DNA from: an uncultured bacterium
GTDB taxonomy: Bacteria; Babelota; Babeliae; Babelales; Babelaceae
Length of the DNA: 64,000 nucleotides
Assembly (NCBI GenBank): GCA_963819815.1
Contig: CAWFXL010000001.1
Span: 1,440,001 to 1,504,000, forward strand
Direction of reading: 5' to 3'
Position 1 is the stretch's first letter. Every line of letters begins with the position of its first letter. Of the stretch, positions 39,531 through 48,763 are shown piece by piece. The translations under genes were made by a program, and so were the position numbers. The notes under the pieces are model-generated. The model was not told the origin of the DNA. It did not search any database and saw nothing but the letters and a program-made list of their open reading frames with translations.

Positions 39531-39860
39531 AAGCCCTTTTTTCTTCTCAAGATGTGTGCTTATAATAGCACATTTCCGTGTTTTTAAAAACGGTGGTATC
39601 ACCTTACCAGTGTTTAGATAATTTTTAAAGGGTTTCACAAATTTTTTGTTAGGTGATGCTGCTGGTAAGAAGGACCACCATGGTGCAAAATAGGCTCTAC
39701 GTTGTACAATGCATGGGATCTTTGCTGTCTTTGTTTTAGTACTTGGACCCACATTGCCATGTATAATAATACAGAAGTATTTATATTTGTCAAATTGTAT
39801 TAAGGTGGGGCAGGTATCTTTGATTACGATTGATTAAAGCAAAATAGAGGGAGGCTCTAC

Positions 39861-39987
39861 TTATTGGTTATTTTTCTGGTATAATCTAGTGCCCTTTTTA
39901 ACCAATAATTGGAAAATGTCGATTATTGGTTAAAGTTTTAGTGCGAATTTCTTAACCAATAAAAGCAAAAATGCGATTATTGGATAA
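39861..39987. promoter_or_regulatory. Array of alternating TTAACCAATAA/TTATTGGTTAA operator-like half-sites
   Basis: Five half-sites at 39861, 39898, 39923, 39952 and 39977. Confidence 0.65.
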
Positions 39988-40080
39988 ATTGCGATACTTG
40001 AGATCGATTTATTCTCGGCAGCTTGAGCTGCTTAGACTCCACTGGGAGGCGTTTTGCGCTTAATCGTGGTGCGCAATGGG

Positions 40081-40704
40081 CTACTTTTCTAACAGTTGGC
40101 TAAAATAGGTGATTTCTTTAAGAGGATCTTCAGCATTGACCACGGCACTGCCTATAATTACCCCAGCTGGATTAAGGCCAAGGACCTCACTCACATTTTC
40201 ATGAGAAATTGGGGAGGCCATAAATATGGGGAGCTTGGTATTGCCTTGGATCATATGCCAGTTGTCTGTGAAGGGTGCACGCGAGTCTTCAACGCTTGGC
40301 TTATAAACTGAGAGGGCTTCTGCGCCAAGTCGGTCAGCCTCTAAAGCTGTTTGGCCGATAGAGCGTGAATCGGCGAGATCAAGAATAATCTTTGTATTCT
40401 TTTCTCGAGCTATCGTGGTAGCTGTATGAATGGTTTCTGCTCCTGCACCTGCAAGGACCGAGATCCAGTTAGCACCAGCTTTTGAAAAGAGTGCTACCGA
40501 TTCTGCGGGCCGTTCAAGGATTTGGGATTTTACCATAAGAAGCTTTTCGGGGAACATCGCTCGAAATTTTTTGACCGATTCTTCGCCATACTTATAAATC
40601 AGTAACTGGCCTATGACAAACATCGTCGCATGGGGTTCAATAATAGCAGCTACGGTGAGTGCTTTTTCAAGATCCAGTATATTAAAAGAAATAAGTAGTT
40701 TCAT
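40081..40704 (-). CDS. HUMPS/OMP-decarboxylase-fold (hexulose-6-phosphate synthase-like) protein, degenerate
   Basis: G.LLIYKYG..VKKFRAMFPEK, AGANWISVLAGA..TI and IIGSAV.NAEDP. Confidence 0.75.
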   Translation of the reverse strand: MKLLISFNILDLEKALTVAAIIEPHATMFVIGQLLIYKYGEESVKKFRAMFPEKLLMVKSQILERPAESVALFSKAGANWISVLAGAGAETIHTATTIAREKNTKIILDLADSRSIGQTALEADRLGAEALSVYKPSVEDSRAPFTDNWHMIQGNTKLPIFMASPISHENVSEVLGLNPAGVIIGSAVVNAEDPLKEITYFSQLLEK

Positions 40705-40731
40705 AGGCCTCTTAAGTTGTTGTCTTATTCT

Positions 40732-41469
40732 TTAACTGATCTTCTTCTGATATTGGTCTGGTAAAAAAGTATAGTTAAAGGTTACCGGAGCAAAATAGTG
40801 CCGGATTTTTAGAAAGCGAAGAGCATTCAGTGCAGAGTTATATCCTTCAGTTACATATAAGTCTGGTAACACAAAATTTTCATTATCGGTTGTAAGCGTT
40901 GATCCTAAAGGAACAATAATATTCCTCGGGTCAGCATATATGATGATCGTATCATAGGGAATGGTTGCATTTCTTGTTAGAGGGACTGAAGTGACATGCC
41001 ATTCATAGAGTTCCGTTTCAGGGTCTTGTAAGCGATTAAAAGAATACTGTTCAGCAGGACTTTTAGGATCGACCATAAATCCAAGAAGCGTCTTAGGCTT
41101 AAGAGGGTCAACCGGTATCGGTTTAAGGGTATCGGTTATGAGAACCATAAGTTTTGGTTCTGGGGATTTGCGTTCAAAGAGAACCTGGCCATCGGCATTT
41201 GAATGGGTAATTGTTCCTGCATAGGAAGCGTACAATCCAGCATGGAGGAATGGTAGATTGAGCACTTTACTCAGAACTGGTTGCAGTATTTCATCATGGT
41301 GGCTCGTTCGACGCTTACGCTCTTCAAGAGCTTTGGTAATTGCCTCAGTTGGTGAAGTAGGAAGCGGTCGCACAAAAAAAGTTATTATGTGAGGAGATAC
41401 CTGACTCTGTACAGTACCGAATAACTGGCTGAAGAGGCAGATCATTATCAGCTGTGTTCTCAGCTTCAT
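40732..41469 (-). CDS. Hypothetical exported protein
   Basis: Long ORF; a start at 41469 gives a signal-like N-terminus (alternative start 41496). Confidence 0.65.
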   Translation of the reverse strand: MKLRTQLIMICLFSQLFGTVQSQVSPHIITFFVRPLPTSPTEAITKALEERKRRTSHHDEILQPVLSKVLNLPFLHAGLYASYAGTITHSNADGQVLFERKSPEPKLMVLITDTLKPIPVDPLKPKTLLGFMVDPKSPAEQYSFNRLQDPETELYEWHVTSVPLTRNATIPYDTIIIYADPRNIIVPLGSTLTTDNENFVLPDLYVTEGYNSALNALRFLKIRHYFAPVTFNYTFLPDQYQKKIS

Positions 41470-41561
41470 ATTTTTAATCCTGTGGTATACACTCATGAGT
41501 GTTATAAGTAGCTTCGTGCTCCTAGACTACCAGAAAACATTACTAAAAGTCTATACTACCT

Positions 41562-42185
41562 ATGTCTCAAGAACGCCTATGGGATGAGTTTTTCTCCCGG
41601 CAACAGCTTACTCAGTCTCAGCAAGATCAGTTTAAAGACTATTATGAGCGTCTTGTGGCGGCTAATAAGCTCCACAACATTACCGGAATAACTGATCTTG
41701 CACAAGTGCTAACTGATCATTTTGAAGATTCTTTAGCATTGAGAAAATTTATACCATGTGAAGAGCTCAAAGGTCTCGGTGATGTAGGAACTGGTGCCGG
41801 ATTCCCTGCGCTTCCTCTTAAGATTATCTATCCCCATATTCCGCTTGTGCTCATTGAGGTCAATGCAAAAAAGCGTGCATTCCTGCAGGAACTTGTTCAG
41901 CACTTTCAGTTTTCTCAGGTTTCAATCGTAGAGCTTGATTGGCGTACTTTCTTGCGACAAACTCACTACGAGGTAGATCTTTTTTGTGCACGCGCATCAC
42001 TTCATCCTGAAGAGTTGATAAGAGTTTTCAAGCCATCATCTCCCTATAAAGATAGTCAGCTTGTCTACTGGGCTTCACGATCGTGGCAACCATCTTCAGA
42101 AGTGCTCCCCTTTATTGCTGATACTTATTCATACTCTGTTGGCGTAAAAGAGCGAAAGCTCGTGCTCTTTAAAGCTCAAGCATAA
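41562..42185 (+). CDS. rsmG: 16S rRNA m7G527 methyltransferase
   Basis: N..HNITGI, HFEDSL, DVGTGAGFP, KKRAFL and ARA. Confidence 0.92.
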   Translation: MSQERLWDEFFSRQQLTQSQQDQFKDYYERLVAANKLHNITGITDLAQVLTDHFEDSLALRKFIPCEELKGLGDVGTGAGFPALPLKIIYPHIPLVLIEVNAKKRAFLQELVQHFQFSQVSIVELDWRTFLRQTHYEVDLFCARASLHPEELIRVFKPSSPYKDSQLVYWASRSWQPSSEVLPFIADTYSYSVGVKERKLVLFKAQA

Positions 42186-42296
42186 AAAATTACTTTCCTT
42201 TTAAAAAAATGAATACTTGCGCAAGGGGCCTTTTTTTGGTAAATTTTGTACAATTCTCACCGGGTAGGTTTTTGATTGATACATTTAGTCATGCAT

Positions 42297-42584
42297 ATGG
42301 CAGTTAAATTCTACAGACAAACTTCGGGCAAGGAACCAGTTCGTCTTTGGCTTCGTAGCCTTGAGCCGGATGATCGAAAAGTTATTGGCAAGGATATAGC
42401 AAAGATTCAAATACATTGGCCAGTAGGGATGCCAATTGTAAGGTCCTTAGGAAGAGGCTTATGGGAGATAAGGAGCTCTTTGGACCATAGAATTGCAAGA
42501 ATAATTTTTGTGATCGAGGATGGTCATATGGTCTTGCTCCATGGATTTATCAAAAAGACTAAAACCCGAATAACAGCTAAATGA
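42297..42584 (+). CDS. RelE/ParE-family (Gp49/DUF891-type) toxin, C-terminus probably frameshifted
   Basis: FY.T.SG.EPVR.WL, WPVGMP, LWEIRS and LLHGFIKKT. Confidence 0.85.
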   Translation: MAVKFYRQTSGKEPVRLWLRSLEPDDRKVIGKDIAKIQIHWPVGMPIVRSLGRGLWEIRSSLDHRIARIIFVIEDGHMVLLHGFIKKTKTRITAK

Positions 42585-42632
42585 CTTCGGAAATAGCTAT
42601 TAGGCGTCACAATACTCATAAAGGATTACAAC

Positions 42633-42923
42633 ATGGACAAGAAACATATCGGATCTGATTTTGAAGATTTTCTCAAAGAAGAGGGTATTTACGAGGAAGT
42701 TACATTAGCGGCTCTTAAGGAAGTCATTGCCTACGAATTAGCGCAAGCCATGAAGTCTGCTAATGTAACACAAGAGGAAATGGCGGCACGAATTGGAACG
42801 AGCAGATCAGTTATAAGACGTCTATTGGATCCAGATAATTACTCTGTCACTCTGATTACTTTACATCGAGTTGCAAAAGCACTGGGTAAAGATCTCGAAA
42901 TAAAATTCTCATGGAAGATGTAG
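42633..42923 (+). CDS. XRE-family HTH antitoxin
   Basis: HIGSDFEDFLKEEG and MAARIGTSRS.IRRLLDP; directly downstream of the toxin. Confidence 0.88.
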   Translation: MDKKHIGSDFEDFLKEEGIYEEVTLAALKEVIAYELAQAMKSANVTQEEMAARIGTSRSVIRRLLDPDNYSVTLITLHRVAKALGKDLEIKFSWKM

Positions 42924-43038
42924 GGCTCTAACTGAATGGTCTTTCCCATCGTGTATTTTGCTGGAGTGCATTGCATTTTTTTGACCTGAGCTTATACTAA
43001 TTAGCGGCTCTCTTATCATCGGCTCAGTGAGGAATACA

Positions 43039-43317
43039 ATGATACATATTACCAAAGAAGAACTGCTTAAGCTTGCTCAGGCAGCAAATCTTAGCCTATC
43101 CGAGGAAGAAATACCTGGTATTCTACGTCGTCTTGAAGCAGTGCTTTCTTATGCTGCATATTTGCAAGAATTTCAAGATACGGGTGCATCGCTTCCCCAG
43201 ATAAGCAATATCGTTCGCGAAGATGTCGCCAAAGAAACTCCTGTAGAGCCGCTCCTTGCGTTAGCTCCTGAGATTGAAGAACAGTACTATATCGTTCCTG
43301 CTATCCTCAAACAATAA
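43039..43317 (+). CDS. gatC: Asp/Glu-tRNA amidotransferase subunit C
   Basis: ITKEEL.KLA..A.L, REDV and Y.VP.I; upstream of gatA. Confidence 0.88.
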   Translation: MIHITKEELLKLAQAANLSLSEEEIPGILRRLEAVLSYAAYLQEFQDTGASLPQISNIVREDVAKETPVEPLLALAPEIEEQYYIVPAILKQ

Positions 43318-43327
43318 GGCTTTTTTC

Positions 43328-44773
43328 ATGAATGAATTTGCTTTTGCCTCCATTAAAACTCTTCGTCAAGCCTTAGATGCGGGTACTATATCGATTGATG
43401 AACTCTTATCCTACTATCTTAAGCGTTTTGAGACCTATGATAAAAAGCTAGGATCGGCGCTTGAGGTTTTTGATAAGGATTCTATTTTACAGGCATCATC
43501 CTTAAAAGGTCCTCTTGCAGGGATTCCTGGCATAGTGAAAGATAATATTTGTCAAAAGGACAGGATAACCTCCTGCTCTTCAAAAATTCTTCAGAATTAT
43601 CGTGCACCATATAATGCAACAGTTGTTTCACGATTAGATGAGGCGGGAGCACTTCGTGTTGGCCGTGCTAACTGTGATGAGTTTGCTATGGGTAGCTCAA
43701 CCGAGACTTCTGCTTACCAGATCACGCGTAACCCCTGGGACCTCGATCGTGTTCCTGGTGGTTCAAGTGGTGGATCTATTGTTGCAGTTGCTGCAGGCCT
43801 TGTTCCCTGGTCCTTAGGATCTGAGACGGGTGGATCGGTACGTCAACCTGCTGCGCTCTGTGGTATTGTTGGGCTTAAACCTACCTATGGATTGCTTTCT
43901 CGCTACGGCTTAGTTGCCTATGCCTCTTCTCTTGATCAAATTGGTATCTCAACGCGGTACGTCTATGACAATGCATTGCTCCTGTCATTGGTAGTCGGTA
44001 AAGATCCTATGGATGCAACATCGGTATCGGTTGAAAACTCTGACTATATAAGCAATCTAACGGGAAAGCTTAAGGAAGGATTTACACTGGGGATTATAGA
44101 TAATGCCCTTACGACCGATGGTTTTGATCCTGAGGTGCTCAAAAAACTTGAAGATGCTATTAAGCACTTTGAGGGTCTTGGAGCTAAGATTAAACGTATC
44201 TCGTTACCTATTATGGATCATGCTGCTGCCGTGTATTTCATGGTAAGTCGTGCAGAAGCGGCATCTAATCTTGCACGCTTTGATGGAGTTCGGTATGGAT
44301 ACCGTTGTGATAATCCAACTTCATTGACCGATATGTATACCAGATCACGTACTGAAGGCTTCGGTGCAGAAGTGAAGGCGCGAATTTTAGTGGGCATGTA
44401 TGTGCTTTCGGCAGGACGTTCAAATGAATATTATAAGGCGGCAAAACGGGTACAAGCGTTGATGCGTGAGGCCTATTATGAAGCATTTAAAGAGGTGGAT
44501 CTTTTATTTGCGCCGGTATCTCCTACACATGCATTTAAGCTTGGTGAATTTAAGGACAATAGTCTTGCACTTGATTTACAAGATTACTTTACGGCATCGA
44601 ATAACTTGACCGGCACACCCGCGTTGGCAGTTCCTTGTGGATTTACTCAGGCAGGTCTTCCCATAGGGTTTCAGCTTATCGGGCCTGAATTTTCAGAGGC
44701 TGCAATTTATCAAGCAGCCTATGCCTATGAGCAATCAACCGAATGGCATACCAAACACCCAGACTTACCATAA
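43328..44773 (+). CDS. gatA: Asp/Glu-tRNA amidotransferase subunit A
   Basis: [32 protein letters not shown] and SNLARFDG. Confidence 0.96.
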   Translation: MNEFAFASIKTLRQALDAGTISIDELLSYYLKRFETYDKKLGSALEVFDKDSILQASSLKGPLAGIPGIVKDNICQKDRITSCSSKILQNYRAPYNATVVSRLDEAGALRVGRANCDEFAMGSSTETSAYQITRNPWDLDRVPGGSSGGSIVAVAAGLVPWSLGSETGGSVRQPAALCGIVGLKPTYGLLSRYGLVAYASSLDQIGISTRYVYDNALLLSLVVGKDPMDATSVSVENSDYISNLTGKLKEGFTLGIIDNALTTDGFDPEVLKKLEDAIKHFEGLGAKIKRISLPIMDHAAAVYFMVSRAEAASNLARFDGVRYGYRCDNPTSLTDMYTRSRTEGFGAEVKARILVGMYVLSAGRSNEYYKAAKRVQALMREAYYEAFKEVDLLFAPVSPTHAFKLGEFKDNSLALDLQDYFTASNNLTGTPALAVPCGFTQAGLPIGFQLIGPEFSEAAIYQAAYAYEQSTEWHTKHPDLP

Positions 44774-44787
44774 CCTGGAGATTTGGG

Positions 44788-45630
44788 ATGATAAAAAAGG
44801 GTCTTATCGGCATTATGATCCTTGGTGCACTTTTTATTGTGATCAATCGGCTCCTAGGACTTTCAGAGAGACGTATTGAAACCGCGATGTCTTATGTGAC
44901 CTATCCTTTATTACAGTTCCAAAGGTTTGTAGTCCACTCATTTTCTCCCTCATATAAGCAGGGGATTGTGCATGTTCTTGCTGACCTTGAAAAGGTTACG
45001 CTTGAGCGTGATACTCTTTTGAACGAGCTTATTTCTTTAAAGGCGTTACTGCGAACGGTAGAGGATACCTCTGATTTGAGAGATTTTATGAAGCGGTATA
45101 ACGCCCAGTCGTTAGTAATTGCACCGGTACTTTTGCGGAACTTTTCGGGTGAAAATTTCTTTCTTGTCGATGCGGGAGAAAACTTTGGTATTGAGAAAGA
45201 TATGATCGCGCTGTACCACAATATGCTTGTGGGAAAAGTGACCCACGTATATCCGTCGTACAGTAAGATTTTGTTGATCACCGATCCGCACTGTTATGTA
45301 GCAGCAGTTTGTTCTTCAAATGGCGTGAAAGGGATGCATCATGGTCTTAAAAAAGGATTCACTACGCTTGCTTATGTAGATCATAGAGATCAAGTTACGG
45401 TAGGGGATACGGTACTTTCAAGTGGTGAAGGCGGTCTCTTTCCGCGAGGTTTTGGGTTAGGTAGGATTACCGATGTTGATCAGGGTGGTTATGGGCGTTC
45501 GATTACTATAGAGCCCTCACTTGACCTTAAGAAAATTTCTCAGGTAAGTATAGTGCCCCATACGTTTACGGATGAGGCTTCTGATTCTTCTGTTGCAGAA
45601 GAGTTACCGCTGAAACCAGCAGAATCATGA
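44788..45630 (+). CDS. mreC: Rod shape-determining protein MreC
   Basis: N-terminal TM and coiled coil; LVGKV, SKILLITD and GDTVLSSG.GG.FP.G. Confidence 0.88.
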   Translation: MIKKGLIGIMILGALFIVINRLLGLSERRIETAMSYVTYPLLQFQRFVVHSFSPSYKQGIVHVLADLEKVTLERDTLLNELISLKALLRTVEDTSDLRDFMKRYNAQSLVIAPVLLRNFSGENFFLVDAGENFGIEKDMIALYHNMLVGKVTHVYPSYSKILLITDPHCYVAAVCSSNGVKGMHHGLKKGFTTLAYVDHRDQVTVGDTVLSSGEGGLFPRGFGLGRITDVDQGGYGRSITIEPSLDLKKISQVSIVPHTFTDEASDSSVAEELPLKPAES

Positions 45631-46539
45631 GAGCATGCTTTGAGTTGCGTAACGGGATTCAACCGCCTGACAGATACTATCGACGGCTGCTGATAAATAC
45701 GTCGTGCTATCATCATCTTCATCTTGTGCAAACAGGTTTGCTAAGAAAGATCGTTTCTTAGCAGGTTTAATCCATTCAACTTTGCCTATTATTTGAGCTT
45801 TCTCTCTCAGGACTCTTTCTACCGTTGAAGGAGAGCCCGTTTCGTCAATAAGTTTAAGAGCGAGAGCCTGTTCACCCGTAAATATCTTACCTTCTGCCCA
45901 GACCTTTATATCAGGTGAGAGCTGAGGACGTTGTGCGCTGACATCTCTGATGAACTGTTTATAGGTATCATTGCTGAGCTCTTGAAAAATCGCTTTCTCT
46001 TCAGGTGTCATGGTAAGGAATGGGTTTCCAATACCTTTGTATTCACCTGTTTTTGTAATCGTGTAGGAAACATTGATCTTTTCAAGAAGCCCTTTAAAAG
46101 AAGGGTGCTGAATAATAACGCCTATACTTCCAATAGTTGAGCTTGGGGTGGCAATAATGTAATCACCAGCACAGGCAATATAATAGGCAGCGGAAGCAGC
46201 CAATCGCTCAACATAGCTCACAACAAATTTTTCTGGATGGAGTTTCTTGTAATGCAGAATCTCTTGGAAAATAGCTTGGCCAGCCGGTGATACTCCTCCT
46301 GGAGAGTCGATTTTTAATACGATCGCTTTTAAGTTTTTATCTTCAAAGAATTTTTTAACATCCTTGATCGTTGGGTTAGCATGTTCGATATCACCGGTAA
46401 TTGGTATAACACCTACGCGAGTTTTCTCTTCGAACATATCGCTATATTGAGTGCGAATGCCTTTAAAAAATAGCGGGGCAAATTGAAGGAGCAAGAGTAC
46501 CCAGAAAATGTTTTTAACGTAATCAGAAAATGTTGCCAT
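45625..46539 (-). CDS. sppA: Signal peptide peptidase SppA (S49)
   Basis: IDSPGG, AASAAYYIA, GSIGV and KTGEYK. Confidence 0.92.
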   Translation of the reverse strand: MATFSDYVKNIFWVLLLLQFAPLFFKGIRTQYSDMFEEKTRVGVIPITGDIEHANPTIKDVKKFFEDKNLKAIVLKIDSPGGVSPAGQAIFQEILHYKKLHPEKFVVSYVERLAASAAYYIACAGDYIIATPSSTIGSIGVIIQHPSFKGLLEKINVSYTITKTGEYKGIGNPFLTMTPEEKAIFQELSNDTYKQFIRDVSAQRPQLSPDIKVWAEGKIFTGEQALALKLIDETGSPSTVERVLREKAQIIGKVEWIKPAKKRSFLANLFAQDEDDDSTTYLSAAVDSICQAVESRYATQSMLS

Positions 46540-46647
46540 CGCTTCTCCAGACTTGTTGCATATGCTTTCGTGTGGACTAATCATACTTCATACTGGCACG
46601 CTCTACAAGCTTTTTTCTTTTAAAAGAAGCTTAGGTTGGGCAAAAGA

Positions 46648-47289
46648 TTACAGTGAGAGATGTGGATCCTCATCTACCGCACATCCATTTCGGAGTAGTT
46701 CGTCAAGAGTATGGGTGCATATCGAAAACATATCTTTTAAGAGCTCTTTGTTCCGCACTGCCCCAAAATAATCTACGTTGTGTATTTCAAAAGATATAAG
46801 GTCTACATTTTCGGGAAATTTTGAGAACAACCATCTTTCACGATCTATGATTTTAAATGAAAAAGAATATTTCCTATTCTTATCGAGCAGATGGCGTAGA
46901 GAATCATTTTTTAGGATTTCTTTGACCAGAGGTTCAGGACTACCTTTGATGATGAAATGTGCATTGAAATGGGGATCGTCTGTTGCTATAGTACTCTTTT
47001 GGCCAGGGAACCAGCCTGAAAAAATGTTCGTTGGATAGATGGTGAACTTTAAAGAGCACGTACTGATGAAGGGGACTCTTATTCGCGTAATAGTACGGAT
47101 ATGTGGGTGTTTCCCACCAGTCCTTACCGTATAAGTATCAAGTATTATTCGCCAGGCATGATAAGGCAATATAACCTTTGCATGATGGAGAAAGCTACCA
47201 GGTTCATACGTGGCGCCGATTTCTTGGCTTAGTTCAGTCCATACTTCCTGGACGCTCGGCCCAAAAATTTTCTGAAGAAACTTCTTCAA
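46648..47289 (-). CDS. Hypothetical protein (DUF3137-like)
   Basis: Likely TTG start at 47289 after AAAGGA; FGPS..EVW..LS.EIG, TRIR.PF and D..F...F.IK. Confidence 0.55.
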   Translation of the reverse strand: MKKFLQKIFGPSVQEVWTELSQEIGATYEPGSFLHHAKVILPYHAWRIILDTYTVRTGGKHPHIRTITRIRVPFISTCSLKFTIYPTNIFSGWFPGQKSTIATDDPHFNAHFIIKGSPEPLVKEILKNDSLRHLLDKNRKYSFSFKIIDRERWLFSKFPENVDLISFEIHNVDYFGAVRNKELLKDMFSICTHTLDELLRNGCAVDEDPHLSL

Positions 47290-47393
47290 TATCAATCCTT
47301 TTTTAAAACACCTACTAATCGAGGAGAACCTGCAGATTAGTGATTTTTGTCTCTGAGTGTGAAGTACAATTGATCTTTTCAACTGCGATGATA

Positions 47394-47606
47394 TTCAATC
47401 CCGCGCTATCTGTCAAAAGGGCAATTTATAGCGCGGGATTGGGAGAGGTTCAATCTCGCGCTATAAATTTTGATTTTCAAATAATCAATCCAATCGACGT
47501 TATTGAGGGCCTCGTGTGGCTCTTTATTAAAAAATTCAATCCCGCGCTATCTTTGAAAAATGCTAATTATCCCGCGGGATCAAAGTTGGATCAACTCCGC
47601 GGGATT
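47394..47606. repeat. Cluster of direct and inverted copies of TTCAATCCCGCGCTAT
   Basis: Forward copies at 47394, 47449 and 47535; inverted or partial copies at 47428, 47569 and 47597. Confidence 0.75.
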
Positions 47607-47696
47607 TTTGGGATACTTGAGGAGGCCTTACCAGAAAGTCTCGAGGTAGCCTGTAAGCTGCGATAGGTAAGGGCTTTAGTACATGGTTTTTGTGTT

Positions 47697-47725
47697 TTGA
47701 CATTTTACAGCACATTATTTACACT
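47697..47725 (+). promoter_or_regulatory. Sigma70 promoter of the tRNA operon
   Basis: TTGACA-N17-TACACT, ending 27 nt before tRNA-Val. Confidence 0.75.
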
Positions 47726-47752
47726 GAACAGTATCTAGTAATAAAACACTAG

Positions 47753-47828
47753 GGGCGGTTAGCTCAGTTGGTAGAGCATCAGTCTTACAAACTGGGGGTC
47801 ACAGGTTCGAGTCCTGTACCGCCCACCA
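47753..47828 (+). tRNA. tRNA-Val(TAC)
   Basis: Cloverleaf GGGCGGT/ACCGCCC, anticodon loop CTTACAA, TTCGA loop and encoded CCA. Confidence 0.97.
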
Positions 47829-47845
47829 GAGCCGCGAAAATATAA

Positions 47846-47920
47846 TCCTCGGTAGCTCAGTGGTAGAGCAAACGACTGTTAATCGTTAGGTCGCAGGTTC
47901 GAGTCCTGCCCGAGGAGCCA
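47846..47920 (+). tRNA. tRNA-Asn(GTT)
   Basis: TCCTCGG/CCGAGGA acceptor stem, loop CTGTTAA and encoded CCA. Confidence 0.97.
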
Positions 47921-47926
47921 TGATAA

Positions 47927-48004
47927 GGGGCTGTAGCTCAGTTTGGTTAGAGCGTCCGCCTGTCACGCGGAAGGTCGCGAGTTCGAGTCTCGTCAGCCCC
48001 GCCA
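47927..48004 (+). tRNA. tRNA-Asp(GTC)
   Basis: GGGGCTG/CAGCCCC acceptor stem, loop CTGTCAC and encoded CCA. Confidence 0.97.
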
Positions 48005-48024
48005 GCTTCCTCTCATAGCTTGTG

Positions 48025-48058
48025 AAGGGCCATCTTATTAAAGGTGGCTCTTTCTTTT
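48025..48058 (+). terminator. Terminator of the tRNA operon
   Basis: GGGCCATCTT-ATTA-AAGGTGGCTC followed by TTTCTTTT. Confidence 0.7.
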
Positions 48059-48296
48059 GGCTAAAAAATACCGATCTAGCTGATGAGGTCGAGGCCTGTA
48101 GCGCGAAAGGACCGCCTAATGGTTGCTTCTATGAAATCTATGCGCTGCCTGGTATTGCTGGCTGTTGATCGACTGTATGAATGCTGGGGTGCGCGATATG
48201 GACATAGAGAGCTTTTTTTGAGCGAGGTGGTGCTATTTGTATTTGACGCTCAGGCCCTGTAGGAGATTTTATGTGCGTTGAAGTTCTCGTGGCGGT

Positions 48297-48641
48297 TCAG
48301 CAGCTGCTGTGATTCGGGATTTTTTGCTTCTTAAGTGATGAAGCAATACATACGGGTATAACTTTACCATTAAGCTCAACCATAAGCTTCTTGCAACCAA
48401 GACCTTGCAAGATTTTGATAATATCATGCATGCTCAAATCTGATCCCATTGCTTGCACGATAGTTGGTGGTAACCCAGCTAGTACGGCCAATTCTCTTAC
48501 AGATTCCTCATCTTTTTGTACAGCAGCTATAAGTAGTTCAGATATAAGATGTTCCTTATATTCTTCGTTAAAGCGCTTTAGTTCTTTTGGATTGAGTGAT
48601 TCAACGAATGCCTCAATAGTTGATTTAGTTTCCTTGGTCAT
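48297..48641 (-). CDS. XRE/HTH antitoxin-like protein, orphan
   Basis: F.EEYKE.LISELL.A and SVRELA..AGL.PTIVQ; AAAGGAGG RBS. Confidence 0.65.
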   Translation of the reverse strand: MTKETKSTIEAFVESLNPKELKRFNEEYKEHLISELLIAAVQKDEESVRELAVLAGLPPTIVQAMGSDLSMHDIIKILQGLGCKKLMVELNGKVIPVCIASSLKKQKIPNHSSC

Positions 48642-48718
48642 AGTAATGTCCTCCTTTACATCATTTCGCGACTATTGTACCTCGATAGTTATACAATGGC
48701 AATTATTGACCTTAACAT

Positions 48719-48744
48719 AAAAAAAAGGAGCGCCGAAGCGCCCC
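48719..48744 (-). terminator. Rho-independent terminator of the GH1 gene
   Basis: Minus strand GGGGCGC-TTCG-GCGCTCC followed by T8. Confidence 0.85.
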
Positions 48745-48763
48745 TCCATTAGATTGTCACGTG

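Noticed and set aside
39531..39752. Long N-terminal extension of topA in the ORF track
   Set aside because: The TopA family begins at MKNLLIVESP; the extension is AT-rich promoter sequence.
47340..47666. 108-aa ORF with FNPALS repeats
   Set aside because: The peptide repeats follow from the palindromic DNA motif; weak GTG start and no recognisable domain.
48078..48112. CTGATGAG...CGAAA hammerhead-ribozyme-like core
   Set aside because: Stem II does not close directly onto GAAA, and no convincing stems I and III were found.
47753..48700. Integrated element at the tRNA cluster
   Set aside because: No integrase and no duplicated tRNA 3' end (att site) were seen in the window.
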